Notes: generated by a model from the letters alone, not told the origin. A DNA stretch of 64,000 nucleotides from Nitrospirales bacterium (GCA_965203295.1 CBDBCZ010000015.1:864001-928000), one strand, 5' to 3'; shown: positions 10,405 to 24,000, numbered from the stretch's first letter. Numbers and translations: made by a program.

Positions 10405-11072
10405 CTCAAAAGATATGTTCTAAAAGTCTAAAGAATAAAAAGCAGAAGGTAATGATGGGCTAGTTGGGGAGCTTTTTAAGTATGGTGGCAAAGGAATGGC
10501 TAATCTGTTGAAAGTTTATATGAAGTAGTTTGGACAGAGGAGAGTATTCCGCAGACAAGGGTCAATTGTTAGCTTGTATAGACAAGTCTGACATTTCATG
10601 TCTAAAAACTAGCCGGGAACCTTTCCCACCTTTCCCATACAATACACAACTCAGCTTAGGCCAAAGTAACTGCAACTGTAGAACTACAAATTATAGTAAC
10701 TATGCTGAGCTGCAGAAACTAAGCAATCTACGTAACTCTGTACAGCGAAAGTGCTGAGTCGTCAGTTTCGTTGTGTGCTTCCAGTTAGTAGCTATATGTC
10801 GCGAAAACAGAATCTTTACGGCTTCCTACCACGTTTTCGCCATCTAGGCAGCACACAACAACCTTCATTTGCTGTAGCTATACACGGCAGTTGCATAGTA
10901 ACGTATGACGTAATATACTGCGCACATGGTAAGTGCGAACGCAACAACAGACGCGAAAAGCGTGAAGCAATCTTAGGACCAGCCGTTCACGTGCTGCACG
11001 CGCTCCGGCTGGTAAAAAGGTGCTGAGGACCCGGGTAATTACAGAGGCATTGCATGCACTATTGAATGTGGT
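10405..11072 (+). mobile_element. LINE RT fragment, copy 2, split by a ~430-bp insertion
   Basis: 10405-10582 matches the first part of copy 1 (GNDGLVG..FKYGGKGMANLLKV). Homology resumes at ~11014 (GAEDPGNYRGI...LLNVV). Confidence 0.85.
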
Positions 11073-11244
11073 AGATTTTGCAAGATTGTAAGTAGGATGT
11101 GGAGAGATAATTATTAAGACAATGTATGACATCGCACAGAGTGCTGTTTTACTGGAGGGATTAAAATCCAAATCATTCAATATAGGTCGTGTGGTACGGG
11201 GTTGTAATATGTCTCCTATCCTGCATGTATTTTCCAATCAGGCT

Positions 11245-11507
11245 GCATACTTGCCTTGTGCACGAAGCAAACACTCTGAGCCAGTGCTGGCAAACTCCTG
11301 GAGCTGATACGTGAGAGCATTCAGTTGAATTTGCACCCCAGCAAATGCTAGGTACCCATTACAGCTGGGTGGGCTGGTGTGTACTGGAAACATAAGATGG
11401 TAATTCACAACAATTGAACGAATATTTAGTCGCCAGTAGTCACGGTGGGATTCAAACCACCAACCCTTGGGTTGTGAGTCCAGTGCTCTAACTACTACAC
11501 CACCGCG
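11245..11507 (-). mobile_element. tRNA-derived SINE
   Basis: The minus strand has a tRNA-like head GCGGTGGTGTAGTAGTTAGAGCACTGGACTCACAACCCAAGGGTTGGTGGTTTGAATCCCACC (A and B boxes), then CCCACCCAGCTGTAATGGGTACC. Its tail recurs at 63947-64000. Confidence 0.82.
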
Positions 11508-11601
<94 letters not shown>

Positions 11602-11611
11602 CAGCATACAG

Positions 11612-11680
11612 TTATGCGGCTGACAAAGCCGTCTCTAATGACGTCGGTTCCAGTGCTGGGAGAGCCATGGAGCATACTGG
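11612..11680 (+). pseudogene. TRAPPC13: TRAPPC13 copy B, exon 2 (open in itself)
   Basis: atacag|...|gtgagt, 69 bp; (V)MRLTKPSLMTSVPVLGEPWSIL matches the conserved TRAPPC13 VMRLTKP motif. Confidence 0.88.
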
Positions 11681-12059
11681 GTGAGTACAGTCAGTATATT
11701 TGATACTCATTGTATAATGAACCCATTCCAGTATTTCTGACGCAATGAATTTTGAGATGTCAGGGGTTGAAAACAGGCCAATTAAATTCAATCCATTAAA
11801 TTTTAGCAGGCTAAGTGACTTAATTGCTTAAAGTAAAGAGGCTGTGGTTTTGATAGTTAACTGCTCTAGTAATTTCTACTATGACTGACACTAACTGTAT
11901 GGTAAAGTACAATTGTGATATGCAGCCATTTATCATGGAGTACGGTAGTACTCCATATGTAGGGATGGCACGGGAAAAAAATGGCGGCCCCATATCACGC
12001 GTACAAAATCATACTTTCAGAACTCGGCTCTGATTATAGTCATAGGCTTTTATGAGCCA

Positions 12060-15000
12060 TACCATTAACCCTTCCCAACTGTTTAGGAAAAGAACTGGTT
12101 ATGCAAAGGCTTGTTTAGTTTGAATGATGTTAGTCAGATACAATACATGCTTAGGAAGTATCGATGTTCAAGAAAGGAACTGGTTATTCAAAGGCCGGTT
12201 TAGTTTGGTTGATGTTAGTCTGAAGATTAGGAAAGAAGAATTTACTCAAAAATTGTTTGTTTTTTTAATCTCTGGCAAAGACTTTAAGCCAAAGTAACTA
12301 GCTACCATTGATCTGACCCTTCCCAACTGTTTAGGAAACGAACTGGTTATTCAAAGGCTAGTTTAGTTTGAATGATGTTAGTCTGAAGATTAGGAAAGAA
12401 GGATTTTATTGAAAATTGTTAGTTTTGTTGGTCTCTAGCAAAGACTTTAAGCCAAAGTAACTAGCTACCATTTATCTGACCCTTCCCAACTGTTTAGAAA
12501 AACAACTGGTTATTCAAAGGCCTGTTTAGCTTGAATGATGTTAGTCAGATACAATACACGCTTAGGAAGTATCGATGTTCAAGAAAGAAACTGGTTATTC
12601 AAAGGCTTGTTTAGTTTTCTTGATGTTAGTCTGAAGATTAGGAAAGGAGGATTTTATAGAAAATTGTTAGTTTTGTTGGTCTCAGGCAAAGACTTTCAGC
12701 CAAAGTAACTAGCTACCATTGATCTGACCCTTCCTAACTGTTTAGGAAAAGAACTGGTTATTCAAAGGCTTGTTTAGTTTGAATGATGTTAGTCTGAAGA
12801 TTAGGAAAGAAGGATTTTATTGAAAATTGTTAGTTTTGTTGGTCTCTAGCAAAGACTTTGAGCCAAAGTAACTAGCTACCATTGATCTGACCCTTCCCAA
12901 CTGTTTAGGAAAAGAACTGGTTATTCAAAGGCTTGATTAGTTTTAATGATGTTAGTCGGATACAATACATGTTTAGGAAGTATCGATGTTCAAGAAAGGA
13001 ACTGGTTATTCAAAGGCTTGTTTAGTTTGGTTGATGTTAGTCTGAAGTTTAGGAAAGAAGGATTTTATTGAAAATTGTTAGTTTTGTTGGTCTCTAGCAA
13101 TGACTTTAAGTCGAAGTAACTAGCTACCATTGATCTGACCCTTCCCAACTGTTTAGAAAAAGAACTGGTTATTCAAATGCCTGTTTAGTTTTGTTGATTT
13201 TAGCCTGAAGATTAGTAAAGAAGGATTTTATTGAAAATCGTTAGTTTTGTTGGTCTCTAGCAAAGACTTCGAGCCAAAGTAACTAGCTACCATTGATCTG
13301 ACCCTTCCCAACTGTTTAGGAAAAGAACTTGTTATTCAAAGGCTTCTTTAGTTTGAATGATGTTAGTCAGATACAATACATTCTTAGGAAGTATCGATGT
13401 TCAAAAAAGGAACTGGTTATTCAAAGGCTTGTTTAGTTTGCTTGATGTTGTCTACAGATTATAGGAAAGAAGTATTTTATAGAAAATCGTTAGTTTTGTT
13501 GGTCTCTAGCTAAGATTTTGAGCCAAAGTAACTAGCTACCATTGATCTGTCCCTTCCCAACTGTTTATGAAAAGAACCGGTTATTCAAAGGCTTGATTAG
13601 TTTTAATGATGTTAGTCGGATACAATACATGTTTAGGAAGTGTCGATGTTCAAGAAAGGAACTGGTTATTCAAAGGCTTGTTTAGTTTGAATGATGTTAG
13701 TCAGAAAGAAGGATTTTATTGAAAATTGTTAGTTTTTTTGGTCTCAGGCAAAGACTTTCAGCGAAAGTAACTGACTACCATTGATCTGACCCTTCCCAAC
13801 TGTTTTGGAAAAGAACTGGTTATTCAAAGGCTTGTTTAGTTTGAATTATGTTAGTCAGATACAATACACGCTTAGGAAGTATCGATGTTCAAGAAAGGAA
13901 CTGGTTATTCAAAGGCTTGTTTAGTTTGGTTGATGTTAGTCTGAATATTAGGAAAGAAGGATTTTATTGAAAATCGTTAGTTTTGTTGGTCTCTAGCAAA
14001 GACTTTGAGCCAAAGTAACTAGCTACCATTGATCTGACCCTTCCCAACTGTTTAGGAAAAGAACTGGTTATTCAAAGGCTTGATTAGTTTTAATGATGTT
14101 AGTCGGATACAATACATGTTTAGGAAGTATCGATGTTCAAGAAAGGAACTGGTTATTCAGAGGCTTGTTTAGTTTGGTTGATGTTAGTCTGAAGATTAGG
14201 AAAGAAGGATTTTATTGAAAATTGTTAGTTTTGTTGGTCTCTAGCAATGACTTTAAGTCGAAGTAACTAGCTACCATTGATCTGTCCCTTCCCAACTGTT
14301 TACAAAAAGAACTGGTTATTCAAATGCCTGTTTAGTTTTGTTGATTTTAGCCTGAAGATTAGTAAAGAAGGATTTTATTGAAAATCGTTAGTTTTGTTGG
14401 TCTCTAGCAAAGACTTCGAGCCAAAGTAACTAGCTACCATTGATCTGACCCTTCCCAACTGTTTAGGAAAAGAACTTGTTATTCAAAGGCTTCTTTAGTT
14501 TGAATGATGTTAGTCAGATACAATACATTCTTAGGAAGTATCGATGTTCAAAAAAGGAACTGGTTATTCAAAGGCTTGTTTAGTTTGCTCGATGTTGTCT
14601 ACAGATTATAGGAAAGAAGTATTTTATAGAAAATCGTTAGTTTTGTTGGTCTCTAGCTAAGATTTTGAGCCAAAGTAACTAGCTACCATTGATCTGTCCC
14701 TTCCCAACTGTTTATGAAAAGAACTGGTTATTCAAAGGCTTGATTAGTTTTAATGATGTTAGTCGGATACAATACATGTTTAGGAAGTGTCGATGTTCAA
14801 GAAAGGAACTGGTTATTCAAAGGCTTGTTTAGTTTGAATGATGTTAGTCAGAAAGAAGGATTTTATTGAAAATTGTTAGTTTTGTTGGTCAAATACAATA
14901 CATGCTTAGGAAGTATCGATGTTCAAGAAAGGAACTGGTTATTCAAAGGCCGGTTTAGTTTGGTTGATGTTAGTCTGAAGATTAGGAAAGAAGAATTTTA

Positions 15001-18000
15001 CTCAAAAATTGTTATTTTTTTCGTCTCTGGCAAAGACTTTAAGCCAAAGTAACTAGCTACCATTGATCTGACCCTTCCCAACTGTTTAGGAAACGAACTG
15101 GTTATTCAAAGGCTAGTTTAGTTTGAATGATGTTAGTCAAATACGATACATCCTTAGGAAGTATCGATGTTCAAAAAAGGAACTGGTTATTCAAAGGCTT
15201 GTTTAGTTTGGTTGATGTTAGTCTGCAGATTAGAAAAGAAGGATTTTATTTAAAATTGTTAGTTTTGTTGGTCTCTAGCAAAGACTTTAAGCCAAAGTAA
15301 CTAGCTACCATTGATTAGGAAAGAAGGATTTTATTGAAAATTGTTAGTTTTGTTGGTCTCTAGCAAAGACTTTAAGCCAAAGTAACTAGCTACCATAGAT
15401 CTGACCCTTCCCAACTGTTTAGAAAAAGAGCTGGTTATTCAAAGGCTAGTTTGATTTGAATGATGTTAGTCAAATACAATAATCCTTAGGAAGTATCGAT
15501 GTTCAAGAAAGGAATTGGTTATTCAAAAGCTTGTTTAGTTTGGTTGATGTTTGTCTGAAGATTACGAAAAAAGGATTTTACTCAAAAATTGTTAATTTTG
15601 TTGGTCTCTGGCAAAGACTTTAAGCCAAGGTAACTAGCTACCATTTGTCTGAACCTTCCCAACAGTCTTGGAAAGTAACTGGTTTAAGATTCAATCATTT
15701 GTTTAGTTTAAATGATGTTTGTCAGATACAATACATACATGCTTTGAAAGTAAGGGTTTTCACTAATAATTGGTACAATTTTAGCTTTATTGGTCTCAGG
15801 AAACTTTCAGTCAAAACAACTAGCTACCATTGATCTGACCCTTCCTAACTGTCTACGTAGAGAACTGGTTTAAGATTCAATAGCTTGTTTAGTTTGAATG
15901 ATGTTAGTCAGATACAATACATACTTAGGAAGTAAGGGTTTTGACTGAAAATTATCAGTTTTATTGGTCTCAGGCAAAGACTTTCAGCCAAACTAAGTAG
16001 CTACCATTGATCTGACTTTTCCCAAGTGTCTAGGAAAGAAATTGGTGTAAGATTTAATAGGTTGTTTAGTTTGAATGGTGTTAGTCGGATACAATACATG
16101 TTTAGGAAGTATCGATGTTCAAGAAAGGAACTGGTTATTCAAAGGCTTGTTTAGTTTAGTTGATGTTAGTCTGAAGATTAGGAAAGAAGGATTTTATTGA
16201 AAATTGTTAGTTTTGTTTGTCTCAGGTAAAGACTTTCAGCCAAAGTATCTAGCTACCATTGATCTGACCCCTCCCAACTGTCTTGGAATGGAACTGGTTT
16301 ATGATTCAATCATTTGTTTAGTTTAAATGATGTTTGTCAGATGCAATACATACATGCTTAGAAGGTAAGGGTTTTCACTAATAATTGGTACAATTTTAGC
16401 TTTATTGGTCTCAGGAAACTTTCAGTCAAAACAACTAGCTACCATTGATCTGACCCTTCCCAACTGTCTAGGAAAGAAATTGGTTTAAGATTTAATATCT
16501 TGTTTAGTTTGAATGATGTTAGTTGGATACAATACATGCTTAGGAAGTATCGATGTTCAAAACCGGAACTGGTTATTCAAAGGCTTGTTTAGTTTGGTTG
16601 ATGTTAGTCTGAAGATTAGGAAAGAAGGATTTCATTGAAAATTGTTAGATTTGTTGGTCTCTGGAAAAGACTTTAAGCCAAAGTCACTAGCTACCATTGA
16701 TCTGACCCTTCCCAACTGTTTAGAAAAAGAACTGGTTATTCGAAGGCTTGTTTAGTTTGGTTGATGTTAGTCTTCAGATTAGAAAAGAAAGATTTTATTT
16801 AAAATTGTTAGTTTTGTTGGTCTCTAGCAAAGATTTTAAGCCAAAGTAACTAGCTACCATTGATCTGACCCTTCCCAACTGTTTAGGAAAAGAACTTGTT
16901 ATTCAAAGGCTTGTTTAGTTTGAATGATGTTAGTGAAATACAATACATCCTTAGGATGTATCGATGTTCAAGAAAGGAACTGGTTATTCAAAGGCTTGTT
17001 TAGTTTAGTTGATGTTAGTCTGAAGATTAGGAAAGGAGGATTTTATTGAAAATTGTTAGTTTGTTGGTCTCAGGTAAAGACTTTCAGCCAAAGTATCTAG
17101 CTACCATTGATCTGACCCCTCCCAACTGTCTTGGAAAGGAACTGGTTTATGATTCAATCATTTGTTTAGTTTAAATGATGTTTGTCAGATACAATACATA
17201 CATGCTTAGAAAGTAAGGGTTTTCACTAATAATTGGTACAATTTTAGCTTTATTGGTCTCGGGAAACTTTCAGTCAAAACAACTAGCTACCATTGGTCTG
17301 ACCCTTCCCAACTGTCTAGGAAAGTAATTGGTTTAAGATTTAATAGCTTGTTTAGTTTGAATGAAGTTAGTCGGATACAATACATGCTTAGGAAGTATCG
17401 ATGTTCAAGACCGGAACTGCATGGTTATTCAAAGGCTTGTTTAGTTTGGTTGATGTTAGTCTGAAGATTTGGAAAGAAGGATTTCATTGAAAATTTTTAG
17501 ATTTGTTTGTCTCTGGCAAAGACTTTAAGGCAAAGTCAGTAGCTACCATTGATCTGACCCTTCCCAACTGTTTAGAAAAAGAACTGGTTATTCAAAGGCT
17601 TGTTTAGTTTGAATGATGTTAGTCTGAAGATTAGGAAAGAAGGATTTTATTGAAAATTGTTTGTTTTGTTGGTCTCTAGCAAAGACTTTAAGCCAAAGTA
17701 ACTAGCTACCATTTATCTGACCCTTCCCAACTGTTTAGAAAATGAACTGGTTATTCAAAGGCCTGTTTAGTTTGAATGATGTTTGTCAGATACAATACAC
17801 GCTTAGGAAGTATCGATGTTCAAGAAAGGAACTGGTTTTTCAAAGGCTTATTTAGTTTGGTTGATGTTAGTCTGAAGATTAGGAAAGAAGGATTTTATTG
17901 AAAATTGTTTAGTTTGAAGATTAGGAAAGAAGAATTTTATTGAAAATTGTTAGTTTTGTTGGTCTCAGGCAAAGACTTTCAGCAAAAGTAAGTTGAATAG

Positions 18001-21000
18001 GAAAGAAGAATTTTATTGAAAATTGTTAGTTTTGTTGGTCTCAGGCAAAGACTTTCAGCAAAAGTAACTAACTACCATTGATCTGACCCTTCCTAACTGT
18101 TTAGGAAAAGAACTGGTTATTCAAAGGCTTGTTTAGTTTGAATGATGTTAGTCTGAAGATTAGGAAAGAAGGATTTTATTGAAAATTGTTAGTATTATTG
18201 GTCTCAGGCAAAGACTTTCAGCCAAAGTACCTGGCTACCATTGATCTGACCCTTCCCAACTGTTTAGGAAAAGAACTGGTTATTCAAAGGCTTGATTAGT
18301 TTTAATGATGTTAGTCGGATACAATACATGTTTAGGAAGTGTCGATGTTCAAGAAAGGAACTGGTTATTCAAAGGCTTGCTTAGTTTGGTTGATGTTAGT
18401 CTGAAGATTAGGAAAGAAGGATTTTATTGTAAATATTTTGTTTTGTTGGTCTCAGGCAAAGACTTTCAGCAAAAGTAACTAGCTACCATTGATCTGACCC
18501 TTCCTAACTATTCAGGAAAAGAACTGGTTATTCAAAGACTTGTTTAGTTTGAATGATGTTAGTCTGAAGATTAGGAAAGAAGGATTTTATTGAAAATTGT
18601 TAGTTTTGTTAGTCTCTAGCAAAGACTTTAAGCCAAAGTAACTAGCTACCATTTATCTGACCCTTCCCAACTGTTTAGAAAAAGAACTGGTTATTCAAAG
18701 GCCTGTTTAGTTTTGTTGATGTTAGCCTGAAGATTAGGAAAGAAGGATTTTATTGAAAATTGTTAGTTTTGTTGGTCTCTTGCAATCACTTTAATTAAGC
18801 CAAAGTTACTAGCTACAATTGATCTGACCTTTCCGAACTATTTAGAAAAAGTGCTGGTTATTCAAAGGCTTGTTTTGTTTGAATGATATTAGTCAGATAC
18901 AATACATGCTTAGGAAGTATCAATATTCAAGAAAGGAACTGATTATTCAAAGGCTTGTTTAGTTTGGTTGATGTTTGTCTGAAGATTAGGAAAGGAGGAT
19001 TTTATTGAAAATCGTTAGTTTTGTTGGTCTCTAGCAAAGACTTTAAGCCAAAGTAACTTGCTACCATTTATCTGACCCTTCCCAACTGTTTAGAAAAAGA
19101 GCTGGTTATTCAAAGGCTTGTTCTGTTTGAATGATATTAGTCAGATGCAATACATGCTTAGGAAGTATCAATATTCAAGAAAGGAACTGGTTATTCAAAG
19201 GCTTGTTTAGTTTGGTTGATGTTAGTCTGAAGATTAGGAAAGAAGGATTTTATTGAAAATTGTTAGTTTCGTTGGTCTCAGGCAAAGACTTTCAGCCAAA
19301 GTAACTGGCTACCATTCATCTGACCCTTCCCAACTGTTTAGCAAAACAACTGGTTATACAAAGGATTGTTTAGTTTGAATGATGTTAGTCCGATACAATA
19401 CATGCTTAGGAAGTATCGATGTTCAAGAAAGGAACTGGTTATTCAAAGGCTTGTTTAGTTTGCTTGATGTTAGTCTGCAGATTAGGAAAGAAGTATTTTA
19501 TAGAAAATCATTAGTTTTGTTGGTCTCTAGCAAAGACTTTGAGCCAAAGTAACTAGCTACCATTGATCTGACCCTTCCCAACTGTTTAGGAAAAGAACCT
19601 GTTATTCAAAGGCTTGATTAGTTTTAATGATGTTAGTCGGATACAATACATGTTTAGGAAGTGTCGATGTTCAAGAAAGGAACTGGTTATTCAAAGGCTT
19701 GTTTAGTTCGGTTGATGTTAGTCTTAAGATTAGGAAAGAAGAATTTTATTGAAAATTGTTAGTTTTGTTGGTCTCAGGCAAAGACTTTCAGCAAAAGTAA
19801 CTAGCTACCATTGATCTGACCCTTCCTAACTTTCTACGTAGAGAACTGGTTTAAGATTCAATAGCTTGTTTAGTTTGAATGATGTTAGTCAGATACAATA
19901 CATACTTAGGAAGTAAGGGTTTTGACTGAAAATTATCAGTTTAATTGGTCTCAGGCAAAGACTTTCAGCCAAACTAAGTAGCTACCATTGATCTGACCCT
20001 TCCAAAGTGTCTAGGAAAGAAATTGGTGTAAGATTTAATAGGTTGTTTAGTTTGAATGATGTTAGTCGGATACAATACATGTTTAGGAAGTATCGATGTT
20101 CAAGAAAGAAACTGGTTTTTCAAAGCTTATTTAGTTTAGTTGATGTTAGTCTGAAGATTAGGAAAGGAGGATTTTATTGAAAATTGTTAGTTTTGTTGGT
20201 CTCAGGTAAAGACTTTCAGCCAAAGTATCTAGCTACCATTTATCTGACCCCTCCCAACTGTCTTGGAAAGGAACTGGTTTGTGATTCAATCATTTGTTTA
20301 GTTTAAATGATGTTTGTCAGATACAATACATACATGCTTAGAAAGTAAGGGTTTTCACTAATAATTGGTACAATTTTAGCTTTATTGGTCTCAGGAAACT
20401 TTCAGTCAAAACAACTAGCTACCATTGATCTGACCCTTCCCAACTGTCTAGGAAAGAAATTGTTTTAAGATTTTATAGCTTTTTTAGTTTGAATGATGTT
20501 AGTCGGATACAATGCATGCTTAGGAAGTATCGATGTTCAAGACCAGAACTGGTTATTCAAAGGCTTGTTTAGTTTGGTTGATGTTAGTCTGAAGATTAGG
20601 AAAGAAGGATTTCATTGAAAATTGTTAGATTTGTTGGTCTCTGGCAAAGACTTTAAGCCAAAGTCACTAGCTACCATTGATCTGACTCTTCCCAACTGTT
20701 TAAAAAAGAACTGGTTATTCAAAGGCTTGTTTAGTTTGAATGATGTTAGTCAGATACAATACACGCTTATGAAGTATCGATGTTCAAGAAAGGAACTTGT
20801 TATTCAAGGGCTTGTTTAGTTTCGTTGATGATAGTCTGAAGATTAGGAAAGAAGAATTTTAATGAAAATTATTAGTTTTGTTGGTCTCTAGCAAAGACTT
20901 TAAGCCAAAGTTACTAGCTACCTTTAATCTGACCCTTCCCAACTGTTTAGAAAAAGAGCTGGTTATTCAAAAGCTTTTTAAGTTTGAATGATGTTAGTCT

Positions 21001-24000
21001 GAAGCTTAGAAAAGAAGGATTTTATTGAAAATTGATAGTTTTGTTGGTCTCTAGCAAAGACTTTAAGCCAAAGTAATTAGCTACCATAGATCTGACCCTT
21101 CCCAACGGTTTAGGAAAAGAACCTGTTATTCAAAGGCTTGATTAGTTTCAATGATGTTAATCGGATACAATACATGTTTAGGAAGTGTCGATGTTCAAGA
21201 AAGGAACTGGTTATTCAAAGGCTTGTTTAGTTCGGTTGATGTTAGTCTGAAGAATAGGAAAGAAGGATTTTATTGAAAATTGTTAGTTTTGTTGGTCTCA
21301 GGCAAAGACTTTCAGCAAAAGTAACTAGCTACCATTTATCTGACCCTTCCTAACTGTTTAGGAAAAGAACTGGTTATTCAAAGGCTTGTTTAGTTTGAAT
21401 GATGTTAGTCTGAAGATTAGGAAAGAAGGATTTTATTGAAAATTGTTAGTTTTGTTGGTCTCAGGCAAAAACTTTCAGCCAAAGTAACTGGCTACCATTG
21501 ATCTGACCCTTCCCAACTTTTTAGGAAAAGAACTGGTTATTCAAAGGCTTGATTAGTTTTATTGATGTTAGTCGGATACAATACATGTTTAAAAAGTGTC
21601 GATGTTCAAGAAAGGAACTGGTTATTCAAAGGCTTGTTTAGTTTGGTTGATATTAGTCTGCAGATTAGGAAAGGAGGATTTTATTGAAAATATTTAGTTT
21701 TGTTGGTCTCAGGCAAAGACTTTCAGCAAAAGTAACTAGCTACCATTGAACTGACCCTTCCTAACTGTTTAGGAAAAGAACTGGTTATTCAAAGGCTTGT
21801 TTAGTTTGAATGATGTTTGTCTGTAGATTAGGAAAGAAGGATTTTATTGAAAATTGTTAGTTTGTTTTGTCTCTAGCAAAGACTTTAAGCCAAAGTAACT
21901 AGCTACCATTTATCTGACCCTTCCCAACTGTTTAGAAAAAGAACTGGTTATTTAAAGGCCTGTTTAGTTTTTTTGATGTTAGCCTGAAGATTACGAAAGA
22001 AGGATTTTATTGAAAATTTTTAAATTTGTTGGTCTCTTGCAATGACTTTAATTAAGCCAAAGTTACTAGCTACCATTGATCATATCTTTCCGAACTATTT
22101 AGAAAAAGTGCAGGTTATTCAAAGGCTTGTTTTGTTAGAATGATATTAGTCAGATACAATACATACTTAAGAAGTATCAATGTTCAAGAAAGAAACTGGT
22201 TATTCAAAGACTTGTTTAGTTTGAATGATGTTAGTCTGAAGATTAGGAAAGAAGGATTTTATTGAAAATTGTTAGTTTTGTTAGTCTCTAGCAAAGACTT
22301 TAAGCCAAAGTAACTAGCTACCATTTATCTGACCCTTCCCAACTGTTTAGAAAAAGAACTGGTTATTCAAAGGCCTGTTTAGTTTTGTTGATGTTAGCCT
22401 GAAGATTAGGAAAGAAGGATTTTATTGAAAATTGTTAGTTTTGTTGGTCTCTTGCAATCACTTTAATTAAGCCAAAGTTACTAGCTACAATTGATCTGAC
22501 CTTTCCGAACTATTTAGAAAAAGTGCTGGTTATTCAAAGGCTTGTTTTGTTTGAATGATATTAGTCAGATACAATACATGCTTAGGAAGTATCAATATTC
22601 AAGAAAGGAACTGATTATTCAAAGGCTTGTTTAGTTTGGTTGATGTTTGTCTGAAGATTAGGAAAGGAGGATTTTATTGAAAATCGTTAGTTTTGTTGGT
22701 CTCTAGCAAAGACTTTAAGCCAAAGTAACTTGCTACCATTTATCTGACCCTTCCCAACTGTTTAGAAAAAGAGCTGGTTATTCAAAGGCTTGTTCTGTTT
22801 GAATGATATTAGTCAGATGCAATACATGCTTAGGAAGTATCAATATTCAAGAAAGGAACTGGTTATTCAAAGGCTTGTTTAGTTTGGTTGATGTTAGTCT
22901 GAAGATTAGGAAAGAAGGATTTTATTGAAAATTGTTAGTTTCGTTGGTCTCAGGCAAAGACTTTCAGCCAAAGTAACTGGCTACCATTCATCTGACCCTT
23001 CCCAACTGTTTAGCAAAACAACTGGTTATACAAAGGATTGTTTAGTTTGAATGATGTTAGTCCGATACAATACATGCTTAGGAAGTATCGATGTTCAAGA
23101 AAGGAACTGGTTATTCAAAGGCTTGTTTAGTTTGCTTGATGTTAGTCTGCAGATTAGGAAAGAAGTATTTTATAGAAAATCATTAGTTTTGTTGGTCTCT
23201 AGCAAAGACTTTGAGCCAAAGTAACTAGCTACCATTGATCTGACCCTTCCCAACTGTTTAGGAAAAGAACCTGTTATTCAAAGGCTTGATTAGTTTTAAT
23301 GATGTTAGTCGGATACAATACATGTTTAGGAAGTGTCGATGTTCAAGAAAGGAACTGGTTATTCAAAGGCTTGTTTAGTTCGGTTGATGTTAGTCTTAAG
23401 ATTAGGAAAGAAGAATTTTATTGAAAATTGTTAGTTTTGTTGGTCTCAGGCAAAGACTTTCAGCAAAAGTAACTAGCTACCATTGATCTGACCCTTCCTA
23501 ACTTTCTACGTAGAGAACTGGTTTAAGATTCAATAGCTTGTTTAGTTTGAATGATGTTAGTCAGATACAATACATACTTAGGAAGTAAGGGTTTTGACTG
23601 AAAATTATCAGTTTAATTGGTCTCAGGCAAAGACTTTCAGCCAAACTAAGTAGCTACCATTGATCTGACCCTTCCAAAGTGTCTAGGAAAGAAATTGGTG
23701 TAAGATTTAATAGGTTGTTTAGTTTGAATGATGTTAGTCGGATACAATACATGTTTAGGAAGTATCGATGTTCAAGAAAGAAACTGGTTTTTCAAAGCTT
23801 ATTTAGTTTAGTTGATGTTAGTCTGAAGATTAGGAAAGGAGGATTTTATTGAAAATTGTTAGTTTTGTTGGTCTCAGGTAAAGACTTTCAGCCAAAGTAT
23901 CTAGCTACCATTTATCTGACCCCTCCCAACTGTCTTGGAAAGGAACTGGTTTGTGATTCAATCATTTGTTTAGTTTAAATGATGTTTGTCAGATACAATA

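Noticed and set aside
11435..11507. Functional tRNA gene
   Set aside because: The B box is degenerate, there is no clean acceptor stem or terminator, and it continues into a repeated SINE body.
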